Below are positions 13,662 through 26,803 of a stretch of 64,000 nucleotides of DNA, in pieces. The translations under genes and the position numbers were made by a program. How positions within the stretch are numbered: position 1 is the stretch's first letter; every line of letters begins with the position of its first letter. This DNA comes from Negaprion brevirostris. Lineage: Eukaryota. The stretch covers positions 61,183,278 through 61,247,277 of the forward strand of contig JARDVH010000097.1 of the NCBI GenBank assembly GCA_030324005.1. Reading direction: 5' to 3'. The notes under the pieces were generated by a model. That model did no database searches, was not told the DNA's origin, and saw nothing but the letters and a program-made list of their open reading frames with translations.

Positions 13662-14379
13662 AAAATTAAATGATTCATGTTTTATCCACATTTTTCTTTT
13701 GTCACGTGTTCATGAAATACTTATAATTGCTTGAAAACTACCGTCACTGATACGAAAAAGGTTTGCATCTTTATCCAATTGCCTAAAATATAATTTACAA
13801 AGGTGACAGAAAATTAAAATACATAGCAGATGGGCCAGAGTTGTGCTCAGTTGGAAAGACTTTGTGAACTTTTCAAAATGGTGGATGGGCCTCAGACGTG
13901 GAAATTCATTCCCCATTTCTGATGGTCCCATTTTTTACTGGCAGTGGGAAGGGATTGGGCCATGCCAGTTGTAGGAGGGAATCCAGAACTCAGTCAGGCT
14001 ATTTGAACTTAGTGCTGAGTTCAAACAGACCCCATTTCATCTGGTCCTATGATTTTAACTTGCAGTATGGGAGTCACAAATTTATCTCATAGATGTAAAT
14101 GCTCTTGAAGGGTGGATAAGATCAATTTAACTGTCACGTTCAGAAGTCTTTTTTTAAAACCCCACTCTTAAAACATGAAAAACAATCAATGTTGTCAGAG
14201 TGTTTTCAAAGCCTTGAACTCCTTTGATTGAAAGGACAGCTGGTATATGTTTGCTAAGAAAATATTACCATCTGGTCATACAGTTTCAATGGCGTTCTTT
14301 GTTGACATTTCCCCAAGGGCTCTTATTATGCCATCATGAATGTTTGGCTGAGTTTCAGAAGCTACAGTTATCTCAGCAC

Positions 14380-14830
14380 TTGTGAGTTCACAGTTTAAAG
14401 AGGCTATTCAAGCTATCTTGACATGGAGTCTGAATGGAAGTTTGTTTATATTGGAGATTAACCATTTGAGGAAATTAAAACTTTGGAATGGTTTTATAAA
14501 TGGAAGATTTTCATTATCAGGAGTAAAAGATTTGTTAGATTATAATTTTTTTAAAATTTCACATGGCTCCTGAGTCTACCTATGATAGATGCTGAATGAG
14601 TGCCTTAGGAGGTAGTGTGGGTTGTCTGAAGGAGCATGGAGGTGGCACTGGTGTATAATGGGTTATCAGATTGGGCGGGAACAAGAGAAGACATGGAGAT
14701 GGCATTGGGGTATGTGGGCATGGGGTGAATGGGACATGAATTGGCATAGAGGTGGTGTTGGGGTAAAATGGCACATAGGAGTGCACTGGGGACATGAGTT
14801 GGCATGGAGGTAGCATAATCAATTTTAAAT
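14380..14830 (+). repeat. Internal portion of a non-autonomous element with degenerate GGCATG-type repeats
   Basis: Purine-rich ggcatg/gagttggcatgg repeats. Homologous in reverse orientation to ~31630-32040, and similar to ~63010-63110. Confidence 0.55.
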
Positions 14831-14992
14831 CCCTTTGAAATACAGTGGAGCATCTGACAGGAAAGTCTAGATATTAAAAGTAATGCAACATCAACTTTGC
14901 CAAAAAGAAATTGAGGGAACTAAACAGAAGGACACTGTGGATGAGTGGTAAAAATGGAGCTGCAGGGAAACATAACTCCACCACAGAGATAT

Positions 14993-15121
14993 TGGCCAGA
15001 ATTTTACAGTCCCACCCACCACGGGAATTGGAGCGAGCGATGAGATGAACCATGGAAAGGTCCATTGACCTCAGGTGGGGTTTTATAGTTTCGGGATGAG
15101 CGAGGCCACAAAATCCCACCC
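14993..15121. mobile_element. ~125-bp mini-MITE, copy 2
   Basis: ggccagaatttt...cccacccaccacgggaat...tgacctcaggtggggtttt...aaaatcccaccc. Confidence 0.7.
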
Positions 15122-16015
15122 ATCATGTGGAAATATCCCTACAAACTACTCTTCTACTCTCCAGTAACCCCAAAAGACGAGTGAATGTCAAATTCTAGAG
15201 GTGAAGTTGAAAGTCAGACAATCTGCTACGTAGAGAAAGATGAAACCAAGTTTATTTCCATTAGTTTCAAAACCCAATGAGGAACAATCACTACTGGAAG
15301 GAGTTGTTTCTATTTCCAATGCTGGCTGTCTGCCACTGTGACAAGTGTGTGCAGTTATGTTCCAAATCACATCTAACAATATTGGCAGCAGTAATATTTG
15401 AACCAGAGCAAGTCAAACAAGGACGATAATAACTGTGTGTGCAATAAAAATTGCTGTTTGTTTTTCTTCAGATTAACTTGAGGCATGAAAAATGTATTGA
15501 AACGCTTGAAATCATCGAGATTCTCTGATGTTTCAGTTCATTCCATTTTTAACCTCAATTTTGTTATACTTCCAACTGAAACAAAACAAGACCCAGCCAT
15601 CATGTACCCCCTAACTTAGAAAATAAACTACAACTACAAAATTCTATGCCCATGACTGTTGCCTTGCTTCCTTCTTTATCATTGGATGGATTACAATTTC
15701 ACACAAAATACTTAGTTTCTGGTACTGCACAATTAATTATTTCTCAAAAAACCTGCAGTAATTTCTTTGGTCATTAGTTTTGCAAAATCAGTAGCAGTGT
15801 GCATCTTCAGGAAGTCCTGCTATTGACAAGATAAAACGTGCAAACTGAATGGAGTCCAGGCTGAGCTAAATCTTTTATCATTTGGATAGTGGTACGAGAC
15901 TAAAGCATGTACCAATGTTTAAGAATATCTAGCTAAAATCCACTTATCTGGACGAATGCTAACTGTGTAATGAGTCAGAATATCCAGTGGACTTTTTAGA
16001 CTAGCCTCGGGTCAT

Positions 16016-16720
16016 TGCACTCGATTTTACCATTTTGATTTTAAGTGCTGGACAGACTTGAAGCTAGGAGTGTTTCAGAGGCTACTTTTAGATCCATTAT
16101 CAAGTTCCCCCCATACGCACTCCACCTGAAAAAATATCAGCAATTCCGAATCGCACTGGAGAAGCCAGTAGTCAGGGTTTAACACACCTGTAGCTCCGAT
16201 TGGTGCTTCCAACTGCGTGTGTGCAGAAAAAAAAGAGAATAATGCTTCCCTGCCACGTTGTTCCAGGGCCGGATAATGCCTCCCCCAAGCCCCACAGACA
16301 TTGTCCCACTTGCACATTACTGACCCCCTTATACCCCCACCCCCTCCCCACCACCACCACCGATCTCAAGCAGAGAGCCATCAGTCACTTGGCATTTACC
16401 TCCTCATTTGCTGGAGCGTGCGAATTGGACTTTTGTTCAGCATGTCTGTTTCGTGCCGAATCTGGATGGGCAAACGCAGTGATAAAGGAGGAAGTGCTGG
16501 TAAGATTGAGCATGCAACCCATTAAGTCAATTTAAATACATGCAAATGCATTTAAATGGCCATTGTGCCCATTTTGGGCACAGTCCCGATTGTGGCCATT
16601 TTTGGGCCTTGGTATAGGAGGAACTGGGAGGTGGGCAAGGGTTGCAGTACTTGCTTCACCCCGACTTTACCAAGTTTTCACACCCAAAAAAGGGCACAAC
16701 TTGATAGTAAAATCAGGCCC
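16016..16720. mobile_element. MITE (Harbinger-like termini), same family as 41567-42833
   Basis: Left end gattttaccattttgattttaagtgctg, right end taaaatcaggccc. Internal block gtgccgaatctggatgggcaaacgcagtg...atttaaat is shared with 42570-42833. Confidence 0.8.
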
Positions 16721-17004
16721 GTTGTGTTAAAAATTATCCCCAGTAGATTTAAATGAGAAGTAGCAGAATTTTGCAAATTCTTAGGCTAAGTTCGAGCTCA
16801 GGACTTAGTTCTTGCATTTGGAATGGGTCCAAGGAAAGCTTCGTGAGTGTGGAATACTTAAAAGACTGAAAGTTTTTTAGGCTTGTTTTTTGTATTTTTC
16901 ACTACCTTTTTAGTTTCTGTATCACACTCTGGCTTTAGACTTCCAGAGAAACCAATCTTTGTTACCAGACAAACCCAAAATAAATGTTGAGAATAATACC
17001 AGGA

Positions 17005-18360
17005 AATATTCATTGATACATCAACCTGGCTCAGTAAATCATGAGGCTATATGGATTGTGCTCCAAAGATTTGGGTGTCAAAGAAACTTCATCATTATCC
17101 TGCAACTGCTTCATGATGATATCACTGCAACTGGCTTGAGTGGGAGATTGAAACAAACACCTTTGAAATTCTAACTGTGGTCAAACAAGGTTAGGGGATA
17201 ATCCCCACACTACTTATAATTTACCTGACAGTGGCTATTCACCTCATCAAAGATCAACTGCCCTCTGGTGTCAGTACTAAACACAGTCTGATGGAAAACT
17301 ATTAAACCTCGTCACCTCTGTGCAAAACAAAACTGAGCACCATAGATATACATGATCCACAGTTTGTGGATGAATGCAGTGTCTTTGCCCCTTCTGCATA
17401 CAGGCAACTCAGCCTGCTCTTAAATATTGCCAAAGGAAAACTCATATATCAACCAATCCTTGGTTGGCCAAATATTCCACCTCCAAAATATATGAAAGAA
17501 GGCATGGTTAAAACGATCAACAGCTGTCAGGCTTTGATTGTCTGCATCCTCCTATTGACTATGCTCAGAACCTTTTATAGATCTGTGCCAACTTCTGCAT
17601 AATCTGGTAGCCACCTCCCTCAAAAGGCCACCNNNNNNNNNGAGACTTGACACCAGATCGGCTGTGCCGGTTTTACGTTCTACAAACTATGGTAGTGAGT
17701 GTTTGGCAACAAAGATCTCAGTAAGTCAACAAAGGTGCTACTGTACTGAGCAGCTGTTGTCCCTACATTCCTGTGCTACAGTGAGACCTAGGGTAGGATT
17801 TTCCAGCCCTTTATGCCTGCAGGATCCATCAGATTTGCCAATGGCGGGATGGGTGTGTTGCACAAAACGGCATAGACATTAACAGGACTTAAAGATCCTG
17901 CCGGTGGCCAATGGTGAGCTGCCTTTGCCAACTAAATAAATGCCACGGGACAGCTGGAAAATCCAGTCCCTGGACTGTAAGAACTCTGGAAAAATTCCAG
18001 CAACAATGCCTCTGTCAGTTCCTCAGGATTCAATGAGAAAACAGTTGAGCAAATGCTTGAAGGCAGATCCACAAACATTGAAGCAAAACCCTACAGTACA
18101 ACTTTGATAGACTGGGCACTGTGTCTGGGTGACTAAAAACTGTATCCCCTTCAGATTCTGTTCCTTCAGCTTCCAAATGATTAATTTTCCAGGAGATGAC
18201 AAAGAAAACATTTCAGTGACTCTCTGAAGCTCTCCTCAAGGCACAACTATAATGACTGGGAGGAGCTTGCTACTTAACGTTCAGAACCTCGACAGATTGT
18301 CCAACGAGTTGCGTCATGCTTCGAGCCCCAACATCTTAATGATGAGGCAAAACTGGGTCA
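17005..18360 (+). mobile_element. Degraded RTE-clade LINE (RT region)
   Basis: Translates to SVNHEAIWIVLQRFGC..FIIILQLLHDD, then VKQG..I.PTL and SETWT, all RTE ORF2 motifs, with stops and frameshifts. Confidence 0.8.
17791..17970. mobile_element. 180-bp MITE nested in the RTE
   Basis: TIRs gggtaggattttccagc / gctggaaaatccagtccc; splits the RTE codons gagacc|tggact (ETWT). Confidence 0.8.
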
Positions 18361-19489
18361 GAGAAGGTTAGAAAATGAAGCAGTGAGGACCCATGGGAGA
18401 AAGTCGCAACCCTGAGTAGACATTATCCTTGCATCGAGGGACAGCCGATAATGATATATTTTGTTCAAGGTTGTAAATCTTACAAAAACATTCACCCTCA
18501 TTTTGAAAAAGGGTGTTTTATTTTTCTTTCACTAAAAGTCCTTTGTAGAACCTAAATGAACAAAATGTTGTATCTTCATTCATTGGGAAACTGACTATAT
18601 TTGAATCATTTGTTAAACTTCAGGAAAACCAAAATAGCAGAAGGATGAGAGGATAAGGAAAAGAATGTCTCACAATGTAAATTTATTCAGGTGCTCACGG
18701 ATCCATGAGGTAACTAAGAGTGTATAGATCAACAATGTGATAGGAGTTTTGAATTGTCCCATTGTGTGCTGAAGCAGTTCAAAATGAAATAAGATATTGT
18801 AAGAAAGGCAACAGCTATCAGACTTTGATTGTCGGCAACCAACGACTGACCATGCCCAGGACATTTCATTGATCCTGCGCCATCTGTTGTATGGTTATCC
18901 ATAATCAAAATGTATCATAAGCATAGCATTGCCAGTGACAATCAACTTTTTGGTGGTGATTCTTCCCTCATTGTTTTCCCCATTACCTCCTGTGTTCTTG
19001 GAAGAGTATCAGAGTAATAAATGGGGCAATGCTTGTCTAACCCATCCTAGGGATCAGTACCTCCACCTCATCATCCTTGAAATGGATACTGTGCCACTCC
19101 TACATTTGTTAATCATTATGTCCTGCTTCTAAATGTATTGTGACGACCACTGCCTTTGTCCATCCAGTTTTTTTTTTGCTACAAGCAACGTATTCTTAAT
19201 TTTTTGATCAAATAGTAGGCATGAATGCTGTTCAGTTTTCTCTGTGTCCATGTGTTTGACTGTCAGGCAGAGACTGACTTTTATGTTTTCCACATAGCGT
19301 CTCACTTCCTCTCAATGTTTTCATGCAAACGGAAACATTGCTTTGCAAGGTGAATGTGACAAATTACGGTCTAGTGAACAATGCCCCAGTGTGATTGACC
19401 ACATTCAGGAGAAGAGTACAAAGACAGAATTGGGAAAATACATGAAACACTGATACCCTGTGGTTATGATCTCACCTTTGGCTCATTGT

Positions 19490-19740
19490 CAGGAGCACTT
19501 GCCTCTTGGTCTTCCATCGCATGTAAAAAAAAAAATGCATAATATATCCTATGGCAGATGGGAGTTCCTCTGGCCAATATTTACCCCACAATCAACACCA
19601 TTGAAACAGAGAATCTAGTCACCATTACTTTGCTTCTGTGGGAGCTTGCTGTGTGCAAGTTTGCTACATTCCAACTGTGACAACACCTCAAAAGAATATG
19701 AGTATTTTGAGGTTGAAAAAAATGTTTTTTTAATGCAGAA
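19490..19740 (+). mobile_element. SacSINE1/DeuSINE-like fragment
   Basis: Deu-domain-like tggccaatatttacccc..caacacc...ctgtgggagcttgctgtgtgcaa. Confidence 0.7.
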
Positions 19741-20719
19741 TTCTGAATTTGAATGCTATAATTTCATTTCAGGTTTTTAGATAGCAATTATAAATGTATG
19801 GTTCACTGATGTCATTGGTTACGTGCCCTGAATGTCTCTATCGTATTATAGTTTAAAATATTGTGTATTATTTCAGAATAACCCACTGCAGGTGGGTTAA
19901 TAACACAGTGACATATCACAATTTCTATTCTTTAATTGTGAGTATCAAGGACGTAAAGAACCCAGAATTCCATGGTGGTTTCCTGCTGTGACACTGATAG
20001 AACCCATCATTGATTTTAAAGGTCATTAGTGTCTACTATGATGCTAGTTCTTCATGGAAGAATGGAGCAAAAATGTCTTAAAACAATATTAATCATCAAA
20101 AAGGTCAATGGTCTGTGCACTTGTGTAAAAGTTGAAGTTTTGAGACCAATATTTTAGGCCAAAAGTCCGAGGGCCAACTTTTACTGGGTAATGTTTTTGA
20201 AAGGTTAGCATGCGTGCTTGATTGAGGCCAAAAAGTACCTTTGCAATGGAATTAGAATACAAACTGCAACACTGAAGAACTCTTATGAATTTGCTAGCAT
20301 TTATTTATTTTATAACACTACAAACTAGAGACATTTCATCCCACAAATGAGGGCAAATCTAAAGGTTCCCATGATTACCTGTACATTAATGGACCATAAG
20401 TAATTAATAATCACAATATGGTTTGCCGCTTGAAAAACTCAAGTTGACTTTTACACATGGTATATGGAACATTACGTTCCTTTAGGCTAAAAGTCGCGGG
20501 GTGGCTTTTTACATCAGTGTGACTTCTGCATGAGTATACATGGTATTTCTGCTTTACATTGGAGATGAGTCAAAAATGTCATGCATTATTCTCATAACCA
20601 AATTGGCACTGGCAGACTATCTGATTGTGAGGAGTATCACAGTCTAGCTCAGTATTGTTCTCATCTTATGTCTACACATGCACACTTAGCAGGAGAATGA
20701 ACCATGAGCCCAAAAAATC

Positions 20720-20862
20720 ACAAACATTAGGAACAGGAGTAGGCCATTCAGCCCTTTGAGCCTACCCAGCCATTCAATAAGATCATGGTTGATCCGACAT
20801 TTCTCATGTCCACTTTTCCTCCCTTTCCCCATAACCCTTGATTCTCTTGCTGGTCAAAAATC
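20720..20862 (-). mobile_element. CR1 3' UTR fragment
   Basis: aggaacaggagtaggccattcagccctttgagcct...cattcaataagatcatgg. Confidence 0.8.
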
Positions 20863-23259
20863 TTTCGGATGTTGTCTCTTCCCCAGTTCCTGGATGTTGA
20901 GGCCACCTGTGGTGTCTTATTAACAAACCACTTAGGATCAGGCCATTCAGCACAGAATCAAATGTGATGCCTTCTCTGTCTGTACGGGCCTTTTCTGGAT
21001 TGGGCGGTGCATTGACCAACTGAACAAACTAGGCAGCTAAGATAAGCTTCGTTGAACTTACTTGAGAACTGCGAGTTAGTATTTGTTGCAGGAAGGTAGT
21101 GTGTTTCCTTATTTCCTGCTAAGTGCCAGATTCCTCTGACCTGTAGTAAAGGGGTTGACTGTAATTAAGCCAGTTGTTCTCAGGGTAAGATTTTCTCACA
21201 GAAAAAATGATGCATGCAATCCATAAGGAAAACCATCTAATCAAGTCTTTTACAATCACTTGAGGAATTAGCCAAGTAACCTATTATGGGTCAAAGAGTC
21301 TTGTTATCCATTGACCAAATGTTTATTTTATAGAGCACAAAGTCCATTTATATTTTGACTAGGAAACTGATCATGAAAAACACTGTGCCTCAAGCCCGCC
21401 CACTGAATTGTGGTCTTGTACATTCGACCAAAACCTGATCAGCCACGTTATATCAATAGCTTTCTCACACCGGATTGTGTAAATTGATCTTTTACAATTT
21501 TTCTCTGTGACAGATTCTGTAAGCAACAAGATAAATCATTCCTCCTGTGGCTTTTTTTATTGATTGCATGGACCTGTATAGAAACTACACCTCTCCTGCT
21601 GTGACCAGAAAACCCTTAGAACAGCAGACTTTTTTCTCCCATTTGAACAGAGTATAGATACATTTGTTTCAGCTTCAAAAGCTTTGTCTACAAACTGATG
21701 TCAAGCCAATATGTCCACCGCACTGAGGCTTTTCTATTTTATATTCTGTTCTATGAAATTTATTTTTTCTATGCAGTGGTGTATGCTCCTTTTAAGTTTA
21801 TGGCATTGTTAGATCTGCATAGATTAAAGAATAACACTGGTTTAAACCCTATGAAAGCGAGGAGGAGCATTTCTGCTTCAGTGAATATGAGAAATCTGTT
21901 TATAGTATAGCTATTTACACAGAGCATGTTGGATGCTTGTTGGTGAATTATGGATAAATATCCAGTGAAGGGGTCCAGATGACAGAGGGCAAAGCTTCCC
22001 TATTTTCTGTCCTAAATTCTGCACTGTTGGGTATGTTTTACAATATATACTGGCCAGTGATTGTCAGTGATCCCAAAATGAACACAATGTTGGTCGACTG
22101 GAGTTTAATGTTGTAACTGTCTGGCTCCTTTGAATAAAGTGGTGCCATGATGTATGATGATGTAAGGAATGTGAAATTCCAGCCCGTAACACCACTGGAG
22201 CTCTGTGCCCATGCTGAGAAGGCCATTTGCACAGACATTCCCTTCCAGCGCTGAAAGCATGTGAGGTGATGTTTACACTGACATCATTCATCCCAATCAG
22301 CTGATGTGACATCTAACTTGTAAGTAGAAGTCATGTAGGTCCTTTGGATGAGCTCCCTTGTCATTCACGAATGAATACTTCATGGCCAGGCACTCAACTT
22401 GGAGGTATGATATTTTGAATAACTTCTATCACTGCAAGATCTCTAGAAATATTCAGGAGTATTTTTGGTGGTGAACTCTAGAATTTGCCAAGAATTGTAT
22501 TGCATCCTCACAAGGAGAGCAGAGGATTGGCTGGCCTGTCCTCGCATAGTCTGCAACGGTATGGGGAATGCTGACGCAGTGCCCTTGGGCTAAGTTGGAA
22601 CCGACTCTTGATTCGAGTGACAGGAAACTGTTTGTCAGGCAATGCATCAACTGCTTTTGAGTACAATGTCAATCAGTATTCTCCTGTCTGCCATCCCACT
22701 GAAATCCTCATCTGAGATCTCTGAGGCAGAACCTGTCTGCAACCTCACCCCCAGGCAGGTGATACAAGAAACATCCTTCCCCTCTTGAGTGGCTGCAGCC
22801 CACACATGCCTGCTGACCCAACAAGTGCAGATCTTCACTCTACGTCATTTTTTAAAGGTGTGCATACCAACATCTGAGCTTAGTGGCTGTAAATGACAGA
22901 TTGGGATCAAGGGATGGGGCCTCTTCCTCAGTGTTGCTTTGTCATTCTCTCTACTCTTCCTGTGATTAGGCAGGAGGTAGCTTGTGGGTGTTTGGAAGCA
23001 GAAATTCAGAAGGAACAGTTTGGATGAGGAAACCTCAATGGGATGGAAAGCAAGAGGTCCATGGTCAAACATCTGTTGCATGCATTTCATGCTAACTGAT
23101 AGCTAGCTGAGAGTACGCTGGGAACTGAGAATAAACATAAGGCAGGGACATGCTGTGTTCCCAGCAAGTCCAGATACAACAATCTTTATCATAGTCAGCA
23201 CCATGGTACAGGAAATCATCTTCTTTGAAGGCCACAGGAAATGCAGGAGNNNNNNNNNN

Positions 23260-23604
23260 TGTCCTCCACCAGGTTTGCTCCAGTCCCTTTCATTGTGTGC
23301 CATCTTGTCCTACAAGAGAAAAGGCAGAAGTTCACTGATTGTGTTGCACTGTGTTTGGTTGATGTGTCTACCATAGCTGAATAACTGGGGATATGTGAAG
23401 AGAATGGGAGCTGGGGGAATAGCTGACATCCTTGTCCTCCACCAGGTTTGCTCCAGTCCCTTTTATAGTGTGCCATCTTGTCCTACAAGAGAAAAGGCAG
23501 AAGGTCACTGATTGTGTTGCACTGTGTTTGGTTGATGTGTCTACCGTAGCTGAATAACTGGGGATACGTGGAGAGAATGGGAGCTGGGGGAGTAGCTGAC
23601 ATCT
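23260..23604 (-). pseudogene. Harbinger Myb/SANT-like ORF exon relic, tandemly duplicated (173-bp unit)
   Basis: Minus strand: polypyrimidine acceptor cttctgccttttctcttgtag followed by DKMAHNERDWSKPGGG, resembling the 'K.AHN.RE...TGGG' motif of Harbinger Myb-like/NAIF1-type proteins. Two copies start at 23260 and 23433. Confidence 0.55.
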
Positions 23605-23617
23605 TTGGAATGTATGT

Positions 23618-24595
23618 GAGGGTGATTCTTCGGCCTCACTGTGCCACAAGTAGATCGCGCCTGTCCCAGAGAATAGTGTACGGTCGAAAAATGTGTTTTG
23701 CACCCGGCACCAGTTTATGACTCTCCCAGCCCCTTCCGAATAGCACGAACCAGATCGCACCCAGAAAGGGCGCAAGTCTGATTAGCATATTTAAAGTAGC
23801 ATTTAAGTATACATAACCCATTCCAATCCCAGTGCACGGAATCCACCAGCCTTCGGGCATGGCACAACAACAGTGAGAATCATAACCCGTCTCCACTAGC
23901 GGAAACCTGCCATAATGGTCACGCCGGTGGCCCCCTGTTGATCAGAGGTTTGGCCAGGCAGTGCCCACGTGATGGGGCCCACCTGACATGCTGGCAATGC
24001 CAAACTGGCACACTGGTGCCCCAAAAGTGGCCAACGGACAGACCGATTGTTCCAGTTTGGCACGGCCATTGTGCCAGTTTGGCACTGCCAGCATGCCATT
24101 TGGATAGTACTGAGGGGGTGGAGCCTGAGTGGGGGCCATGACAGAGGGGCTACAAAAGGGGGTCGTGCAGGGATGGGTCACGAAGGCAGCTTAGATTTGC
24201 GGGGGAGCATGTTGTCGGCCAGGCAGAGGGACCCATCAGGAAGGCCCTGATGCTCCAGTGCTGGTGACCCATGTCAGGGGGTGGCTGAACATGCCACCAG
24301 TGATTGGGGGAGTAGAGGTGGGGGTGTCCCTTTGTCCATAGGGTGAGGAAGGGAGTCTCCCACTGCACTCTGAGATCAGGGCACCCCTTGTGAATGGTGC
24401 CCAAGCGGTCTGAAGTTGGTTTCACTGCTGTGTTTAGGCCCTTCCCTCTAGTACCAGCGTGAAACTCCCAACTCTCCCAAAAAGTGACTGAGTGTTGGAG
24501 GATTACAATGTGGAGCACACCCAAGAGATCCGCTCAGATCATTCCATGACTCTCGCCATTATGACCATTGGAATTTTTTGGGAAGAATTCCACCC
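23618..24595. mobile_element. Non-autonomous DNA element with internal GGCA/TGCC repeats
   Basis: GC/CpG-rich block with termini gagggtgattct / agaattccaccc and internal ggcactgcca-type palindromic repeats (23950-24100). Confidence 0.65.
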
Positions 24596-25769
24596 AGAGT
24601 ACCTGGTTGTTAGCTGTGAATTGTGAGTGTTCAGCGTGTGTGATAGGGCTGTGGTGCATAAAGCAGCTTGAGAGGCTGTCAGAACAGTGTGTAGGAAATG
24701 CATTCATGGAACTGGAACACTGCATTAGTTCTTTAGACTTCTGCTGTCAGATACTAAGGCCTAGGCGCCAGGAATTAACCTTTCTGGCAATTTTCCAATC
24801 CCTTCAGAAAATGGGCCTTTCGGGTATCCTGGACCTTCAAGGAAGTCTAGCGTCTTCCTCCTGACACCACTAAAATCTTAACCGGTAACCCGGTGCCCTC
24901 TCTCTTCCCAAAGCTCCATGGTCTTTGTTACAAGTGCAGTTACAGTATTCCACTGCAATCTCCTGTAATTCAGTGCTGCTTCCGTTTCAGAGGGACTGAC
25001 TGCCTTCAAAGACAGAGGCTTTCTGCACCATATTATAGCATATGCTGCTTGGTTCTGTCTTGAACACTGAGGCTAGAATTACATACTGCCCGCTGCTTAA
25101 CAGGCATCTGCAGGCCACGCATCACAACCTCATTATCTATAGACTGAATTCCAGCACATGATCTTTGTATGATGTTGCCAGAAGGGAAAACTTCCACTGC
25201 CTATTTCGAGTCAAATGGTAAACTAGTTATTTTAGGAGGCTTTTATAATTTTGTTAAAATTATGAAACCAGAGAAAAGCTCTCCTCCCTGGACCACCATC
25301 ACACCCCAACTGCTCCATACTTCACTACCTGTAAGTTCCTTTGTACAGAATTATTCAGCAGCTACAATGTGAGTGATTTACACCCTGGATTTTGTACTCT
25401 CGAGGCATCCCACTGGCTTGTGCACTAATCACAGCGCTTCACCTTTCAGGGATGCATCTTGGGAATTTAGTGGCTACCATTGTGACTTTTGGCCCATTAA
25501 AATAAACAGATGGATAATCATAGAAAGTGTGCACTCAGAATGCCTATATACATTCCTGCATGGTGAACTCTACACCAGGGACGCAAATTTGTAAAATTAC
25601 CTCCTTTTTTGTTATAAATTATGTCAATTTAGTGCCTTACCTAAAACACATTATTTTCTGCAATAATAGATTTAATGGCTTGGCGTTCATAATGTAATTT
25701 ACATCTGCAATGCAAACGTGTCAGTAATCTGAGGCACCCCATTTGCTGTTGTTTTCCAATGCAGCGTCA

Positions 25770-26130
25770 TAACAACAATCTGCATTTTTATAGTGCCTTT
25801 AGCAAAATAAAAGGCATTTCACAGAATGATGGGGCAAATGTTAGGAGAAGTGACGGAAAGCACGATCAACTAGATGCGCTTTTCGGGTGGATCTGGAGTT
25901 GAGTGGAGAGGTCAAAAATTACAGGGATTTAGGGAGAGCGCTCCAGTGTGGGTTTCTCTGGAAGAATTCAGAAGGGCAGAAGAAATGAGAGTGTAATCTG
26001 CTATCAAGGGTTGAAGGAGATTGCAAATGTTGAGAGAGGCAAAACCAAAGAGCAGGTAATGAAGAAAAGGATTACAAATTCAGTACAGGTGTGTGGATGA
26101 GAAACAAATGGAATTTGCCAAGAATTGTGT
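25770..26130 (-). mobile_element. L2 3' end, degraded
   Basis: aacaacaatctgcatttttatagtgccttt tail followed by purine-rich gggatttagggagagcgctccag. Confidence 0.55.
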
Positions 26131-26492
26131 ATACTCTGTTATCACTGGAGTTGGCAAATGGATAAGAAATCCATTATACTTACTCAAGTGAAAATTTCAG
26201 TATTTACATATTTGTGTAGCCTTCCTTGTTTTATCCAGACAATCCATTTAAAATAAATGGGTTATCACCTTAAATTAATGTACACAGGAATATATAGGTT
26301 ACTTTAATGATCGCTTGCTTCCAGCATTGTAGTCCTGATTAGCTGATGCATGCAATCTGGGAACAGAGAATTATCCTTGTGTTCAGTGTTGATGAATGAA
26401 ATTTGCCAGTTGGTAGCTTCTACCCAATGAGCAGCCAATAAACAGATATTGGTCACTGTCTTTACTACCTGGCAAGCTTTTCTGCAGCAGCT

Positions 26493-26803
26493 GGGTAGCA
26501 CAGTGGTTAGCACTGCTGCTTCATAGCACCAGGGACCCAGCCTCAATCCCAGCGTCAGGTCACTGTGTGTGTGGAGTTTGCACGTTTTCCCTGTGTCTGC
26601 GTGGGTTTATCCCGAATGCTCCAGTTTCCTCCGACAGTCCAAAGATGTGCAGGTTAGATGGATTGGCCATGCTGAATTGCCCCTTAGTCCCAAGATGTAA
26701 AGGTTAGGGGGATTAGTGGGGTAATGCACGAGATGGTCTTGTCAAAGAATCAGTGCAGACACAATGAGCCAAATGGCCTCTTTCTGCAGTGTAGGGATTC
26801 TAT
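26493..26803 (+). mobile_element. HE1-like V-SINE
   Basis: ggtagcacagtggttagcactgctgc head, V-domain and CR1-like tail ...gtagggattctatg. Confidence 0.92.

Noticed and set aside
23260-23604. Possible CRISPR-like or repeat-spacer array
   Set aside because: Two contiguous 173-bp units with no unique spacers, in eukaryotic DNA with no cas genes.
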